Below are positions 1-10,068 of a stretch of 64,000 nucleotides of DNA, piece by piece. Within the stretch, counting starts at the first letter, position 1. Each line of letters opens with the position of its first letter. Where the stretch lies: assembly GCA_964501035.1 (NCBI GenBank), contig CAZCRK010000002.1:1-64000 (forward strand). Reading direction: 5' to 3'. Both the position numbers and the translations under genes were made by a program. Under the pieces are notes generated by a model. The model searched no databases. It saw only the letters and a program-made list of their open reading frames with translations, and had not been told where the DNA came from.

Positions 1-29
1 TTCAAAGGTTTCAAACCTTTGAAAGGGTT
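1..29. repeat. REP-like palindrome, cut by the window edge
   Basis: TTCAAAGGTTTCAAACCTTTGAA is an inverted repeat just downstream of the queC stop; same ACCTT/AAGGT style as the hairpin at 43535-43587. Confidence 0.5.
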
Positions 30-38
30 TGCTGGAAA

Positions 39-695
39 CTAAGCTATTGGGTCTATCACACCTGCTTGTTTAAACCCTCTAGTACGCAGGGCACAGGAAT
101 CACATTTTCCACATGGGATATCTTCATTTTCGTAGCAACTCCACGAAAGTTTAAGTGGTGCTTGTAATGTAACCCCACTTTGAATAATCTCTTTTTTAGA
201 CATCTGTATTAATGGAGTAATAATGGAAATCTTGGTTTCTGGTTTTGTACCCTCATCAATTGTTTTTTCAAATGCATCATAGAATGAACGTCTGCAGTCT
301 GGGTAGCCAGATGAATCTTCTTCCACAGCGCCAATATACAATGCTAAAGCATCGATAACTTCTGCCCAACTAGTTGCAATTGCCAATATATTTGCATTCC
401 GAAATGGGACATAAGAAATAGGTATTTCCACAGAGTCTAAATCTGCTTGAGGTACTGCAATAGAATTATCCGTTAAGCAAGACCCTCCAATTGCAGAAAG
501 GTGTGTCATATCAGCAACTAATCGTTCGGTAATATTATAAAAATTTGCAATATCATTGAATGCTTTAAGCTCACGGTTTTCGGTTCGTTGTCCGTAGTTA
601 ATATGTAAACATGCTGGTGTGTACCCATCCTTGATTGCATGAGCGAGTGTTACACAACTATCCATTCCACCAGACACTAAAACAACAGCTTTCAT
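39..695 (-). CDS. queC: 7-cyano-7-deazaguanine synthase
   Basis: SGGMDS, YVPFRN, GYPDCR and CGKCDSC motifs; start placed at ATG 695 (MKAVVLV), overlapping the queE stop (TAATG). Confidence 0.95.
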   Translation of the reverse strand: MKAVVLVSGGMDSCVTLAHAIKDGYTPACLHINYGQRTENRELKAFNDIANFYNITERLVADMTHLSAIGGSCLTDNSIAVPQADLDSVEIPISYVPFRNANILAIATSWAEVIDALALYIGAVEEDSSGYPDCRRSFYDAFEKTIDEGTKPETKISIITPLIQMSKKEIIQSGVTLQAPLKLSWSCYENEDIPCGKCDSCALRTRGFKQAGVIDPIA

Positions 696-1336
696 TAGAC
701 CCCTTGAGTGAGTTCTGGCCAAATATACTTTTGCATTTGCAATTGGACTTTAACAGGTAGATTATCTTGTAAAACAAGTTTTGATAATTCTTGTGGATGC
801 ATCGTTTCATGAACGGGTGAGAACAACACAGTATGAAATTGGGTTAAATCAAATTGCAAAATTCTGTCTTTTGCCCATTGATAATCTTCTTCATTTGCTA
901 TGACAAATTTAAATTCATCATAGGGTTGAGCATCTTCTAATATTGACCATAGATTATAGTGTGACATTCCACTAGATGGGCATTTGAAATCAATTACTTT
1001 TATCACTTCTTCTGGTACGTTTGCGATTGACAACGACCCACCAGTTTCAAGAAGTACTGTATAATTTTTCTCCAATAATATTTGCATTAGTTCGGAACAT
1101 TTTGGTTGAATGAGTGGCTCTCCACCCGTTATTTCAATTAATTTACAATCGTATTGACTAACTTTTTCTAAGATTTGTTCAATGCTAAACTCTTCACCTT
1201 GGTAAAATGCATATTCGGTGTCACACCAATGGCATCGTTGGTTGCACCCTGTTAATCGAATAAATACACATGGATTGCCAGCAAAAGTTGATTCCCCTTG
1301 AATACTATAAAAGATTTCATTAACCTTCAATTTCAT
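695..1336 (-). CDS. queE: 7-carboxy-7-deazaguanine synthase (radical SAM)
   Basis: EIFYSIQGE, CNQRCHWCDT (CxxxCxxC), ITGGEP; coupled to queC. Confidence 0.93.
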   Translation of the reverse strand: MKLKVNEIFYSIQGESTFAGNPCVFIRLTGCNQRCHWCDTEYAFYQGEEFSIEQILEKVSQYDCKLIEITGGEPLIQPKCSELMQILLEKNYTVLLETGGSLSIANVPEEVIKVIDFKCPSSGMSHYNLWSILEDAQPYDEFKFVIANEEDYQWAKDRILQFDLTQFHTVLFSPVHETMHPQELSKLVLQDNLPVKVQLQMQKYIWPELTQGV

Positions 1337-1460
1337 ACCAAAATTTAACCAAAATATGGTATCAAAATTAAATATTCATTCTTTGATTATACACTAATTA
1401 TTACATTAAGTTAAACCTCCTCTGAGCGGTTATTTTTATATTTTATGATAAATTGAAGGA

Positions 1461-2543
1461 ATGATTATGGAATCATACCCTAAACTATTCATCCCTGGTC
1501 CAACACATGTTCCAGAGGATGTATTACAGTCTATGACAGAACCTCAAATAGGTCATCGTACGCCTGAAATGTCTGAATTGATAGAAATATTGGTGAGAGG
1601 TGTTCAACATATTCTCTACACTCAAAATCATATTTACATTACATCCCACGCAGCAACTGGGTTATGGGAAATGGGTATTCGAAATGGTGTGAAAAAAGGA
1701 ATTTTGCATGCAGTGAATGGTGCTTTTAGTTCTAAATGGGCTACGGTTTCCCAAAAATGTGGTGTACATGCAGATTCCATTGAATATACGTGGGGACATG
1801 GAGTTAAAGCTGAAGATGTTGATGCCCATTTATCAACTGGTAAATTTGATGTATTTGCAATGGTTCACAATGAAACATCAACAGGGGTCCAAAGTGATTT
1901 AGAAGCAATCTCACAATTACTAAAAACAAAATATCCAAATGTGTTATTCATGGTAGATGCCGTGAGTTCAATGGCAGGTTCAAAAATTGAAGTGGATAAA
2001 CTAGGTATTGATTTTATTTTATCCTCCACTCAAAAAGCATGGGGATTACCTGCAGGATTTTCAATGTGTGCTATATCCGATCGAATGATTGAAATTTCTA
2101 AAACTATTGAAAATAAGGGATATTTTTTGGATGTTGAAGTCTATGAAAAATACTTCGCTAAAATGCAGACTCCAACCACTCCATCCATTCCTCATATGTT
2201 TGGGTTGAAATATATTTTGTCTAAAATAGAATCTGAAGGGTTGGAGAATAGATGGGATCGTCATATTGAAATGTCTCAATATGCACAAAATTGGGCATTA
2301 AATCATGGTCAATCTCTTTTTGCTGAAGATGGATGTGCGTCCAATACGATAACATGCATACAAAATGACCAAGAATGGGATATAAACGCAATCAATGAAC
2401 GGTTGTTAGCACGCGGATTCAGAATGGATAGGGGATATGGGAAATTACGAACCAAAGCATTCAGAATAGCCCATATGGGAAATGTGTATATGGAAGATTT
2501 ACAGGAATATTTAAACATTTTTGATGGAGTAATTAATGGCTAA
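1461..2543 (+). CDS. class V PLP aminotransferase (serine-glyoxylate/phosphoserine aminotransferase-like)
   Basis: LFIPGPT, VHNETSTG, VDAVSS, STQKAWGLPAG (PLP lysine), FRIAHMG; overlaps serA start. Confidence 0.9.
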   Translation: MIMESYPKLFIPGPTHVPEDVLQSMTEPQIGHRTPEMSELIEILVRGVQHILYTQNHIYITSHAATGLWEMGIRNGVKKGILHAVNGAFSSKWATVSQKCGVHADSIEYTWGHGVKAEDVDAHLSTGKFDVFAMVHNETSTGVQSDLEAISQLLKTKYPNVLFMVDAVSSMAGSKIEVDKLGIDFILSSTQKAWGLPAGFSMCAISDRMIEISKTIENKGYFLDVEVYEKYFAKMQTPTTPSIPHMFGLKYILSKIESEGLENRWDRHIEMSQYAQNWALNHGQSLFAEDGCASNTITCIQNDQEWDINAINERLLARGFRMDRGYGKLRTKAFRIAHMGNVYMEDLQEYLNIFDGVING

Positions 2544-4116
2544 AGTACTAATAACTGATCCACTTTCAGATAAGGGGTTACACATACTGGAAGAAGCAGG
2601 GCTCGAAGTTATTTATAAACCTAAACCAACCGATGATGAGCTTCATGCTGTCCTCGGTGATGTGAATGGTTGGATTATTCGAAGTGGTACTACCATAACT
2701 GCTGACCATTTAAAAGATGCACGAAATTTACAAGTCATTGGTCGTGCTGGTGTGGGTGTAGATAACATTGATATTCCTGCTGCAACCAATCATGGTGTGG
2801 TCGTAATGAATATGCCGGATGGAAACACAGTATCTGCTGCTGAACATACATTGGCTTTGATTTCTGCAGTTTCACGTAATGTTCAACTCGGTCACTTTGG
2901 ATTAATGAATGGTGAATGGAATCGTCATGCTTTGGTCGGTAATGAACTCCGTGGAAAAACACTTGGTGTTGTGGGTTTAGGTCGAATTGGTCGTGAAGTG
3001 ATTAAACGTGCATCTGCGTTTGATATGAACATTATTGGATTTGACCCGTTTGTAAGTCAAGATATGTTTGACCCGGAATATATTCGAGTTGTTGATATTG
3101 ATGAACTTACTGAAGAAAGTGATATTATCACGCTGCATGTTCCTATGTTGGATTCAACTCGACATCTGTTTAACGCAGAGCGATTAGCTCGAATGAAATC
3201 ATCTGCCAGAATTGTCAATGTTGCTCGTGGGGGTATTATTCATGAAGAAGACTTAGCAGATGCGTTAAATAAAGATGTAATTGCAGGTGCAGCATTGGAT
3301 GTGTTTGAATCCGAACCACTCGGAAATGACCACCCATTAGTGAATGCAAAAAATATTTTACTAACTCCTCATTTGGGTGCATCTACGTTTGAAGCAAAAG
3401 AGGGTGTTTCTTTGGGTATTTGCAATCAAGTTCGGGATTATTTAGTCAGTGAAAAATTATCAAACACCTTAAATATGCCCGTTTCTGATATGGGATTATT
3501 GAAGAAGTTAACTCCATTTTTAGAGCTAGCAGAAACGTTGGGTCATATTCAAACTCAACTTGCAAATGGACCTATCAAAAATGTTTCGATTGAATGTTAC
3601 GGTAATGCTGACGAGTCCAAAATGATGCTTTTAGCATTTTTGAAAGGATTGCTCAAAGACATGACAGATAATCGGTTGAATTTTGTAAATGCAAGTGCCA
3701 TCGCAGAAGAACGCGGAATAACCGTGTCTCATAGTTATAATTCAGAGTCTATGTCTTTTTCAAATTTAATTATGAGTCATGTCCTCACTGAAGATGGTAC
3801 GTTAGAAGTTGCTGGATCTATATTTGGTGATCAGCACCCACGAATTGTTGACATTATGGGATTTGAAGTAGATGTGAAACCAATAGGAAATATGTTATTT
3901 ATTAAGAATAAAGATGTTCCTGGTGTAATTGGTAAAATTGGAACCATACTGGGTGATTCAGGAATAAATATAGGTGGGTATCAATTGGGTCGTTCTACAG
4001 AAAGAGAATTTGCATATGCAATTATACGTTGTGATGAAGCAATTTCAGATGAGTTAATTACGAATTTAAATACACTTGATGAAATTTTAGATATTCAACA
4101 ATTGCATATTTCATAA
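2536..4116 (+). CDS. serA: D-3-phosphoglycerate dehydrogenase, long form with ASB and ACT domains
   Basis: GRAGVGVDNID, GLGRIG, NVARGGI, TPHLGAST, C-terminal DVPGVIGKIG ACT domain. Confidence 0.95.
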   Translation: MAKVLITDPLSDKGLHILEEAGLEVIYKPKPTDDELHAVLGDVNGWIIRSGTTITADHLKDARNLQVIGRAGVGVDNIDIPAATNHGVVVMNMPDGNTVSAAEHTLALISAVSRNVQLGHFGLMNGEWNRHALVGNELRGKTLGVVGLGRIGREVIKRASAFDMNIIGFDPFVSQDMFDPEYIRVVDIDELTEESDIITLHVPMLDSTRHLFNAERLARMKSSARIVNVARGGIIHEEDLADALNKDVIAGAALDVFESEPLGNDHPLVNAKNILLTPHLGASTFEAKEGVSLGICNQVRDYLVSEKLSNTLNMPVSDMGLLKKLTPFLELAETLGHIQTQLANGPIKNVSIECYGNADESKMMLLAFLKGLLKDMTDNRLNFVNASAIAEERGITVSHSYNSESMSFSNLIMSHVLTEDGTLEVAGSIFGDQHPRIVDIMGFEVDVKPIGNMLFIKNKDVPGVIGKIGTILGDSGINIGGYQLGRSTEREFAYAIIRCDEAISDELITNLNTLDEILDIQQLHIS

Positions 4117-4128
4117 AGGTTGTTACAT

Positions 4129-4476
4129 ATGTCTGATATTTTTGAAAATATTTTAAAAAAAATGAATCAACTAAGTGAGACATTCACTAAATCCTCTAGT
4201 GAAGTCTTTTCAAAAGCTTTAGATAAAGGTGAAGATTTAACCAATAAAGGAAAGATTAAACTTGAGATTGAAAAATTAAAATGGGATATTCGGCAGTTAT
4301 CCACTAAGTTAGGCAAATATTGCTCTAATCAAACTATTAAGAGTGAAATTAGTGATTTTTCTCATGATGATTCGTATTTCGAAATGATAGAAGACATTAG
4401 AAAAATGCAGTTGTACATTCAAGATTTAGAGAAAAAAAATAAAGTTACTCAATCTTTGGACGAACCATCAAAGTAA
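4129..4476 (+). CDS. hypothetical coiled-coil protein
   Basis: Open frame with helical, charged composition; ATG at 4129. Confidence 0.65.
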   Translation: MSDIFENILKKMNQLSETFTKSSSEVFSKALDKGEDLTNKGKIKLEIEKLKWDIRQLSTKLGKYCSNQTIKSEISDFSHDDSYFEMIEDIRKMQLYIQDLEKKNKVTQSLDEPSK

Positions 4477-4575
4477 ATTTACAGATAAATCTTGTTTGCA
4501 ATCATATCAAGAAACTTTTAGTTTATATCCAATGAAAATGGGTATAATTTCATCAAAACACCACGAAAATATTAA

Positions 4576-5502
4576 ATGTTGAAAGACGGCTACAAATTAA
4601 TAGTCATTAAAGATGGCCAATTTGATTTAAAACAATACAATGTTTCACCCCTTCATATTCTACTTTTTGCGTTTCTTATAGTTCTGATGACCTCATCACT
4701 ATTTGTTGTGTTTTCTGATGAATTTGTGGATTGGGTTGGTTCACGGGAAATTAAAAAGCATCAAAGTAATAATGAAAAATTAATTCTTCAAATTGATGAA
4801 AATCAACAACGTTTAGAATCATTAATCGATGAATTAGATAAAATTAAAGAAGAAGATAATAATTTAAGAAGACTAGTTAAATTGCCCGTAATTCATGAGG
4901 ATGTCAGAAAAGTTGGGGTTGGTGGGGCGAGCAATAAGGACCAATCTGAAAACCTAGAATATTTACTCCCAAATAACTCTATTGATTTACTCCAAATCAA
5001 CCAACAAATTGACTTTGTTAATCGGCTTGTCAATTTAGAAACATTAAGTTTTTCTGAGATAAGTAAAAAAATTGAAACAGATCTGGATAAAATTAGAGCA
5101 TTTCCAGCTATACATCCTGTACCCACTGATAATATTAAGTTAACATCAACGTTTGGACATCGTAGAGATCCTTTTTCTCGAAGTTTTAAGTTTCATGATG
5201 GACATGATTTTTCTGCTCGAACAGGTACCCCCGTTTATGCAACAGCAGATGGAAGAGTGAAAACATCAAAGTACTATGGGACTTTTGGAAATTATATTGA
5301 GGTGGATCACGGTAATGGCTATGTATCAATTTATGGTCATTTGTCTCGCCGAAAAGTGAATAAGGGAGACAAAGTCGTTCGTGGTCAAAAGATTGGAGCT
5401 GTTGGAAACACAGGTCGCTCGACAGCACCGCACTTGCATTATGAAGTGCAATACAATAAGAAGAGCCAAGATCCTTCACAGTTTTACTTTGATTTAAATT
5501 AG
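4576..5502 (+). CDS. M23 family metallopeptidase with N-terminal TM and coiled coil
   Basis: HDGHDF, YGHLS, GNTGRSTAPHLHYEV motifs. Confidence 0.92.
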   Translation: MLKDGYKLIVIKDGQFDLKQYNVSPLHILLFAFLIVLMTSSLFVVFSDEFVDWVGSREIKKHQSNNEKLILQIDENQQRLESLIDELDKIKEEDNNLRRLVKLPVIHEDVRKVGVGGASNKDQSENLEYLLPNNSIDLLQINQQIDFVNRLVNLETLSFSEISKKIETDLDKIRAFPAIHPVPTDNIKLTSTFGHRRDPFSRSFKFHDGHDFSARTGTPVYATADGRVKTSKYYGTFGNYIEVDHGNGYVSIYGHLSRRKVNKGDKVVRGQKIGAVGNTGRSTAPHLHYEVQYNKKSQDPSQFYFDLN

Positions 5503-5560
5503 TCCTAAAAATCAAAAATTACCGTTAAATTCAACACTTAACTATTCTTAAATTAAACCT

Positions 5561-6898
5561 ATGTCGAATCTTCGATACATAATAGAAACATACGGTTGTC
5601 AGATGAATGTTTATGACTCTGAATTAGTAGCTAAATTATTACAAAATTTAGGGTATTCTGAAACGGATGATTTAGCCGATGCCGATGCTATTTTTTTAAA
5701 CACATGTTCCGTTCGTGAAAAAGCAGAAGAAACGGTTCATAATAGGTTAAATAACCTGCACCACTTAAAACGCAAAAAACCATCTCTAATCATTGGTGTA
5801 TTGGGATGCATGGCTCAAAATTTAAAGAATGATTTGCTTGAGTCTAAACCCTTTGTGGATGTTATTTTAGGACCCGATTCATATCGAAGAATCCCAGAAA
5901 TTATTCAATCTCGACAGCAAGAACAAGACCATTTAGTGGATACTCGTTTATCAAAGTTTGAAGTGTATGAAGATTTGTATCCATCACGACATGATGGTAT
6001 TAATGCATGGATTTCTATTAATCGTGGGTGTGATAAATTTTGCACATTTTGTATTGTTCCGTTTACACGTGGTCGTGAACGAAGCCGAACCATGGATAGT
6101 ATTGTAGAAGAAGCAAATCAAGCTGTTCAAAATGGTTTTGTCGAAATTACATTGCTTGGTCAAAATGTGAATTCATATCGAACAAGTGATGGTGGATTTG
6201 CTGAGTTATTAGAACGTGTGGCTAAGGTAAATGGTGTACAACGTGTTCGATATACGTCGCCACATCCACAAGATATTGATGATGACTTGCTTCAAGTTAT
6301 GCAAAATTATGACAATGTTTGCAACTATATTCACTTACCATTACAAGCAGGATCAGATAGAATTTTAAAACGAATGAATCGTACATATACGAAACGTGAA
6401 TTTTTAGATTTAGTAGATAAAATCCACTATTATTTACCCAATTGTTCTATTTCAACCGATGTTATTGTTGGTTTTCCAGGGGAGACAGATGCTGAGTTTC
6501 AAGAGACTCTTGCTGTTGTGAAAGAAGTTTGTTTTGATGCTGCATTTATGTTTAAATATTCTCCACGCCCTGGAACCAAAGCGGCTGAATATTCTGATTC
6601 AATTGATGAGTCAGAAAAGCAAGCACGACTAGAACAATTGATAAAACTTCAAAAAGAAAATTCATTAAAGGCGAATCAAAAATATATTGGCCAAACAGTT
6701 GAAGTTCTAATTGAAAAAGAAAGTAAGAAATCAAAAAATCAATGGGCTGGACGAACACAAGGAAATACATGGGTTGTGTTTGATAAGACAGACGAAGCAA
6801 TAAAAGATATTGTTCAAATTGAGATAAATGATGCTCAGGGAGTAACCCTGTTTGGACATAAAATTGACAAGAAGGATGAAATTCATGAAGCTGCTTAA
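5561..6898 (+). CDS. miaB: tRNA-i6A37 methylthiotransferase
   Basis: TYGCQMNVYDS, NTCSVRE, GCDKFCTFC, C-terminal TRAM domain. Confidence 0.95.
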   Translation: MSNLRYIIETYGCQMNVYDSELVAKLLQNLGYSETDDLADADAIFLNTCSVREKAEETVHNRLNNLHHLKRKKPSLIIGVLGCMAQNLKNDLLESKPFVDVILGPDSYRRIPEIIQSRQQEQDHLVDTRLSKFEVYEDLYPSRHDGINAWISINRGCDKFCTFCIVPFTRGRERSRTMDSIVEEANQAVQNGFVEITLLGQNVNSYRTSDGGFAELLERVAKVNGVQRVRYTSPHPQDIDDDLLQVMQNYDNVCNYIHLPLQAGSDRILKRMNRTYTKREFLDLVDKIHYYLPNCSISTDVIVGFPGETDAEFQETLAVVKEVCFDAAFMFKYSPRPGTKAAEYSDSIDESEKQARLEQLIKLQKENSLKANQKYIGQTVEVLIEKESKKSKNQWAGRTQGNTWVVFDKTDEAIKDIVQIEINDAQGVTLFGHKIDKKDEIHEAA

Positions 6899-7235
6899 AT
6901 ACCTGTTTTTTATTTTAATTTTAATTGGTAGTTTAATCTTTTTAGTAAAGTTAAATGATCTTAACTCATTAAATATTCGCATTCCGTACCTAGTGGATGT
7001 AGAAGGATATGAGGAAGGGTTTAATGTTTGGTTGGTTATGATTTTAACCTTTACTGCCGGTGTTTTATTAGGTTTTATCCTTTCATTATTTCAAATTATT
7101 ACACAAAAGACAGAAACATTATCCTTGAAATCAAATTTGCGAAGAATGCAGGTTGAATTGGATAGTTTACGTAATCAAGCAATCGATGATGATATTGTAT
7201 TAACCGATGATATTGAAAGTGAAAATTATGAGTGA
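6885..7235 (+). CDS. lapA: LapA-like lipopolysaccharide assembly membrane protein
   Basis: Two TM helices plus coiled coil, directly upstream of a LapB-like TPR gene; ATG 6885 follows AAGGA. Confidence 0.6.
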   Translation: MKLLKYLFFILILIGSLIFLVKLNDLNSLNIRIPYLVDVEGYEEGFNVWLVMILTFTAGVLLGFILSLFQIITQKTETLSLKSNLRRMQVELDSLRNQAIDDDIVLTDDIESENYE

Positions 7236-8463
7236 GATTATTTTAACAATTATTATTCTCGGTGGTGCTGTAGCAGGAATATTATTTTTTGTTTTAAAAT
7301 ATCGCCCACATAAAAAATCTAATATTCGTGATTTATATTCTGAAGGGTTGGATATGCTTATTACTGGTCATCGACGCGGTGCATATCAAAATTTTAGAAC
7401 AATCATTCAAAAAGATACCAATAATATTAAAGCCTATTTACATTTAGGACAAGTTATTCGTGAAGGAGGAAATCCCGAGCAGGCTTTAAAAGTTCATAAA
7501 GGAATTACATTTAGAAAAAATTTAACCCAATATGAGAAATTGGAACTCCATAAAAATCTTTCTCTCGATTATAAAGCATTATCTAACGTTGAAAGTGCAA
7601 TTATTGAAGCACATAATATGCTCACATTGGATAAAGCGAATGAATGGGCAATTTCACAGTTAATTAAATTGTATCGTCAAAAAAATAACTGGGCTAAAGC
7701 AGGTGAATATTTGGAGCTTTATCAAAAAATAACAAATAAGATTGATAATCACAAAGTTGCATTGTTTAAAATTGAAGAAGGTAGAATCCATCTCCAAAAC
7801 AAACAATATTCTGAAGCACGGTTAATGTTTGAAGAAGCATTAAATATTGATGATACTGTTGCATCGGCATACTATTTTATTGGAAATACATATAGTGCTG
7901 AAAGTGAAGATGCATACCAATTAGCCATGGATGCAGAGGAATTTGCAGATCAAAGTAATGATAGCGAAGTAAAATTCAAGGAATATGTAGCAGAAGCAAA
8001 ACAATTATTGGGTAAAGCAATTCCAATGTGGATTAAATATACTGAACTTAGTCCAAATCATGCATGGTTGGTAATTCATTTGCTGAAAGATGCATTATTT
8101 GCGTTAGATAGATACCCTGAAGTGGAAAATATTTTAAAACAAATTAATCGAAATGACCCAGACAACATTGAAGTACTAGCAAGTTTAGCTGATTTTTATG
8201 CACATCGTGGCGATTCACAAGAAGCATTAGAGCTCATTGAAACAGCGCAGGATAAAGATAGTACATCATTATTGGTTCGTTTAATTAAGTTAAAATTGGA
8301 AGCAAGAAAAAATGGGGCAACTGATATTAACAAAGAGCTAGACAGCATCATTCACTTCTTGGTTACTGATAAACAATATCAAATTTATAAAAATACATCT
8401 ACAGATTCTGATTTGATTTGGCTTTATGGAGCCACAGGGCAAGAGGAAAATTTACCTCAGTGA
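7228..8463 (+). CDS. lapB: LapB-like TPR protein without rubredoxin cysteines
   Basis: N-terminal TM anchor, YSEGL..L motif, AYLHLGQVIREGG..EQALKVH, multiple TPRs; follows lapA. Confidence 0.6.
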   Translation: MSEIILTIIILGGAVAGILFFVLKYRPHKKSNIRDLYSEGLDMLITGHRRGAYQNFRTIIQKDTNNIKAYLHLGQVIREGGNPEQALKVHKGITFRKNLTQYEKLELHKNLSLDYKALSNVESAIIEAHNMLTLDKANEWAISQLIKLYRQKNNWAKAGEYLELYQKITNKIDNHKVALFKIEEGRIHLQNKQYSEARLMFEEALNIDDTVASAYYFIGNTYSAESEDAYQLAMDAEEFADQSNDSEVKFKEYVAEAKQLLGKAIPMWIKYTELSPNHAWLVIHLLKDALFALDRYPEVENILKQINRNDPDNIEVLASLADFYAHRGDSQEALELIETAQDKDSTSLLVRLIKLKLEARKNGATDINKELDSIIHFLVTDKQYQIYKNTSTDSDLIWLYGATGQEENLPQ

Positions 8464-9266
8464 AAAATGTAATTGGCATCTTATTGATATCAATGTTTTG
8501 GGCACAATCAAGTGACATTAATGGATTAATTGATGCAGTATTAATTGGTAATCCTGAACCAGCAGAAGAAGCAATTTCATCATTGGTGAAAGAATACCCC
8601 AATCACCCTGGAGTTATATTTTTACAAGGGTTAATTGAAATGAATGGTGAACTTGCAAAAGATCATTTCAAGTCAATATTTGATAAACATCCCAATTCAG
8701 ATTATAGCGATGATGCAGTTATGAAAGTTGCCGAATATTACTATGCAACGGGTTATTATATTCAATCTGCTGATTGGTTAAAGAAAATGCCATTATATTA
8801 TCCTCGATCACCCCACATAGAGCGAGCGGTAAAGCTGTTTTTAAATTCTCTGGTAGTTTCGGGTAGTAAGGATACTGCAATATTTTATTCAAAAGTGTTT
8901 AAGAAGCGATTTCCAAATATGGATATAGATGAGAAAATTTCAAGTATCTTAAACAATGATGAATCATCAAAAAATGAAGATGTTCAGAAAATAGTAACCA
9001 AACCGCCTAAGGAAAATAATCAAGTTAATAATGGGAATTATTCTCTGCAAATAGGTGCTTTTAGTAAGAAAGAGAATGCAATATCTCGAAAAAAAATGCT
9101 CGTAAATTCAGGATTTAACCCACGTGTGGACAATGTAGAATCAAATGGAACTATTTTGTATGCTGTCAGAGAGGGATATTATTCTGATAAAGATAGCGCA
9201 AAGAAAATTGCAAAACAGATTAAAGCCCGTTTGGGTATGGATACGATAGTCGTAACCAATAAATAA
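8460..9266 (+). CDS. secreted TPR + SPOR domain protein
   Basis: Signal peptide, short TPR region, C-terminal YSLQIGAFSKKENA SPOR motif; GTG start overlaps lapB stop. Confidence 0.8.
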   Translation: MKNVIGILLISMFWAQSSDINGLIDAVLIGNPEPAEEAISSLVKEYPNHPGVIFLQGLIEMNGELAKDHFKSIFDKHPNSDYSDDAVMKVAEYYYATGYYIQSADWLKKMPLYYPRSPHIERAVKLFLNSLVVSGSKDTAIFYSKVFKKRFPNMDIDEKISSILNNDESSKNEDVQKIVTKPPKENNQVNNGNYSLQIGAFSKKENAISRKKMLVNSGFNPRVDNVESNGTILYAVREGYYSDKDSAKKIAKQIKARLGMDTIVVTNK

Positions 9267-9287
9267 AATTGTTACTAATGTAACGAT

Positions 9288-9379
9288 GGAAGCGAATGCG
9301 ACCCTGGTGGGCGTCACGGTCTTCAACACCGATGAGTGGCAGTAATGTCACTGGTGGATTCGATTTCCACACGCTTCCG
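9288..9379 (+). tRNA. selC: tRNA-Sec (anticodon UCA)
   Basis: GGAAGCG/CGCTTCC acceptor, CCC-TGGT-GGG D arm, CGGT-CTTCAAC-ACCG anticodon arm (TCA at 9323-9325), 7-bp variable arm with GTAA loop, GTGGA-TTCGATT-TCCAC T arm, G discriminator; CCA not encoded. Confidence 0.9.
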
Positions 9380-9427
9380 CAAAATTTAAGTAGTTGAAAA
9401 TTAAAAGTTTGTAAAGTTGAATGTTGA

Positions 9428-9590
9428 ATGACGAAATTCAAAAACAAATACCGTACTGAGTCCACTCGTTTGAAATATTGGGATTATTCCAATCCCGGGT
9501 TGTATTTTGTTACCATTTGTACCAAAGATTTGATATCGTGGTTTGGAAAAATCAGCAATGATAAAATGGTTATTGTTTGCTCAAATCAAT
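9428..9590 (+). pseudogene. N-terminal fragment of a REP-associated tyrosine transposase (RAYT, Y1)
   Basis: KYRTESTRLKYWDYSNPGLYFVTICT is the typical RAYT N-terminus; similarity ends before the HUH motif where the convergent ACT gene ends. Confidence 0.75.
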
Positions 9591-9591
9591 T

Positions 9592-10068
9592 TTATTCAGG
9601 AAATTTAAATCTTTCGTGCAGGATCGCTCTTGCATTGACTACATCAATTGACTGTATGATGCAGGTGATACTATTTACGGACGTGGAAATTGCATGAATG
9701 TTGATGTTTTTATCACCTAATACGGTGAAAAATTGAGACGCAATTGATGATTTCTCTGCAAAATGAGGACCATAAATAGTCAAAATAGTCAAGCCACAAT
9801 CTAGTTTAATATTTTGAGTTATGAGTTTTGTTTTACTTTTTAAAATTTCTTTAGCTTGGGTGTAATAATTTTGCTTTACTGCTAGGGTTATACTACTCAT
9901 CGAAGTAGAGGTTTGACTTTCGCTTATAAATTCAATTGGGATATGTTTTTCACCAAAGAAACCTAAAATTTTACCAGCATACCCAGGTTTATCCTCAATA
10001 TCTTTTACTTTAATAATGCAGATATTGGGTTTTTCAACCAAACCACCAATTTCAATTTTTTCAAACAT
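9592..10068 (-). CDS. stand-alone tandem ACT domain protein (aspartokinase regulatory-subunit-like)
   Basis: EDKPGYAGKILGFF..IPIEFISES and IYGPHF..IAS.FF.VL..NINIHAISTS ACT repeats. Confidence 0.8.
   Translation of the reverse strand: MFEKIEIGGLVEKPNICIIKVKDIEDKPGYAGKILGFFGEKHIPIEFISESQTSTSMSSITLAVKQNYYTQAKEILKSKTKLITQNIKLDCGLTILTIYGPHFAEKSSIASQFFTVLGDKNINIHAISTSVNSITCIIQSIDVVNARAILHERFKFPE

Noticed and set aside
1337..1460. preQ1 riboswitch upstream of queE, or a riboswitch before the aminotransferase
   Set aside because: No P1 stem with an A-rich tail in the right arrangement; only a weak GC patch (AACCTCCTCTGAGCGGTT)
9591..9697. C-terminal part of the 89-aa ORF 9428-9697 as real protein
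   Set aside because: It is antisense read-through into the ACT gene; RAYT similarity stops earlier
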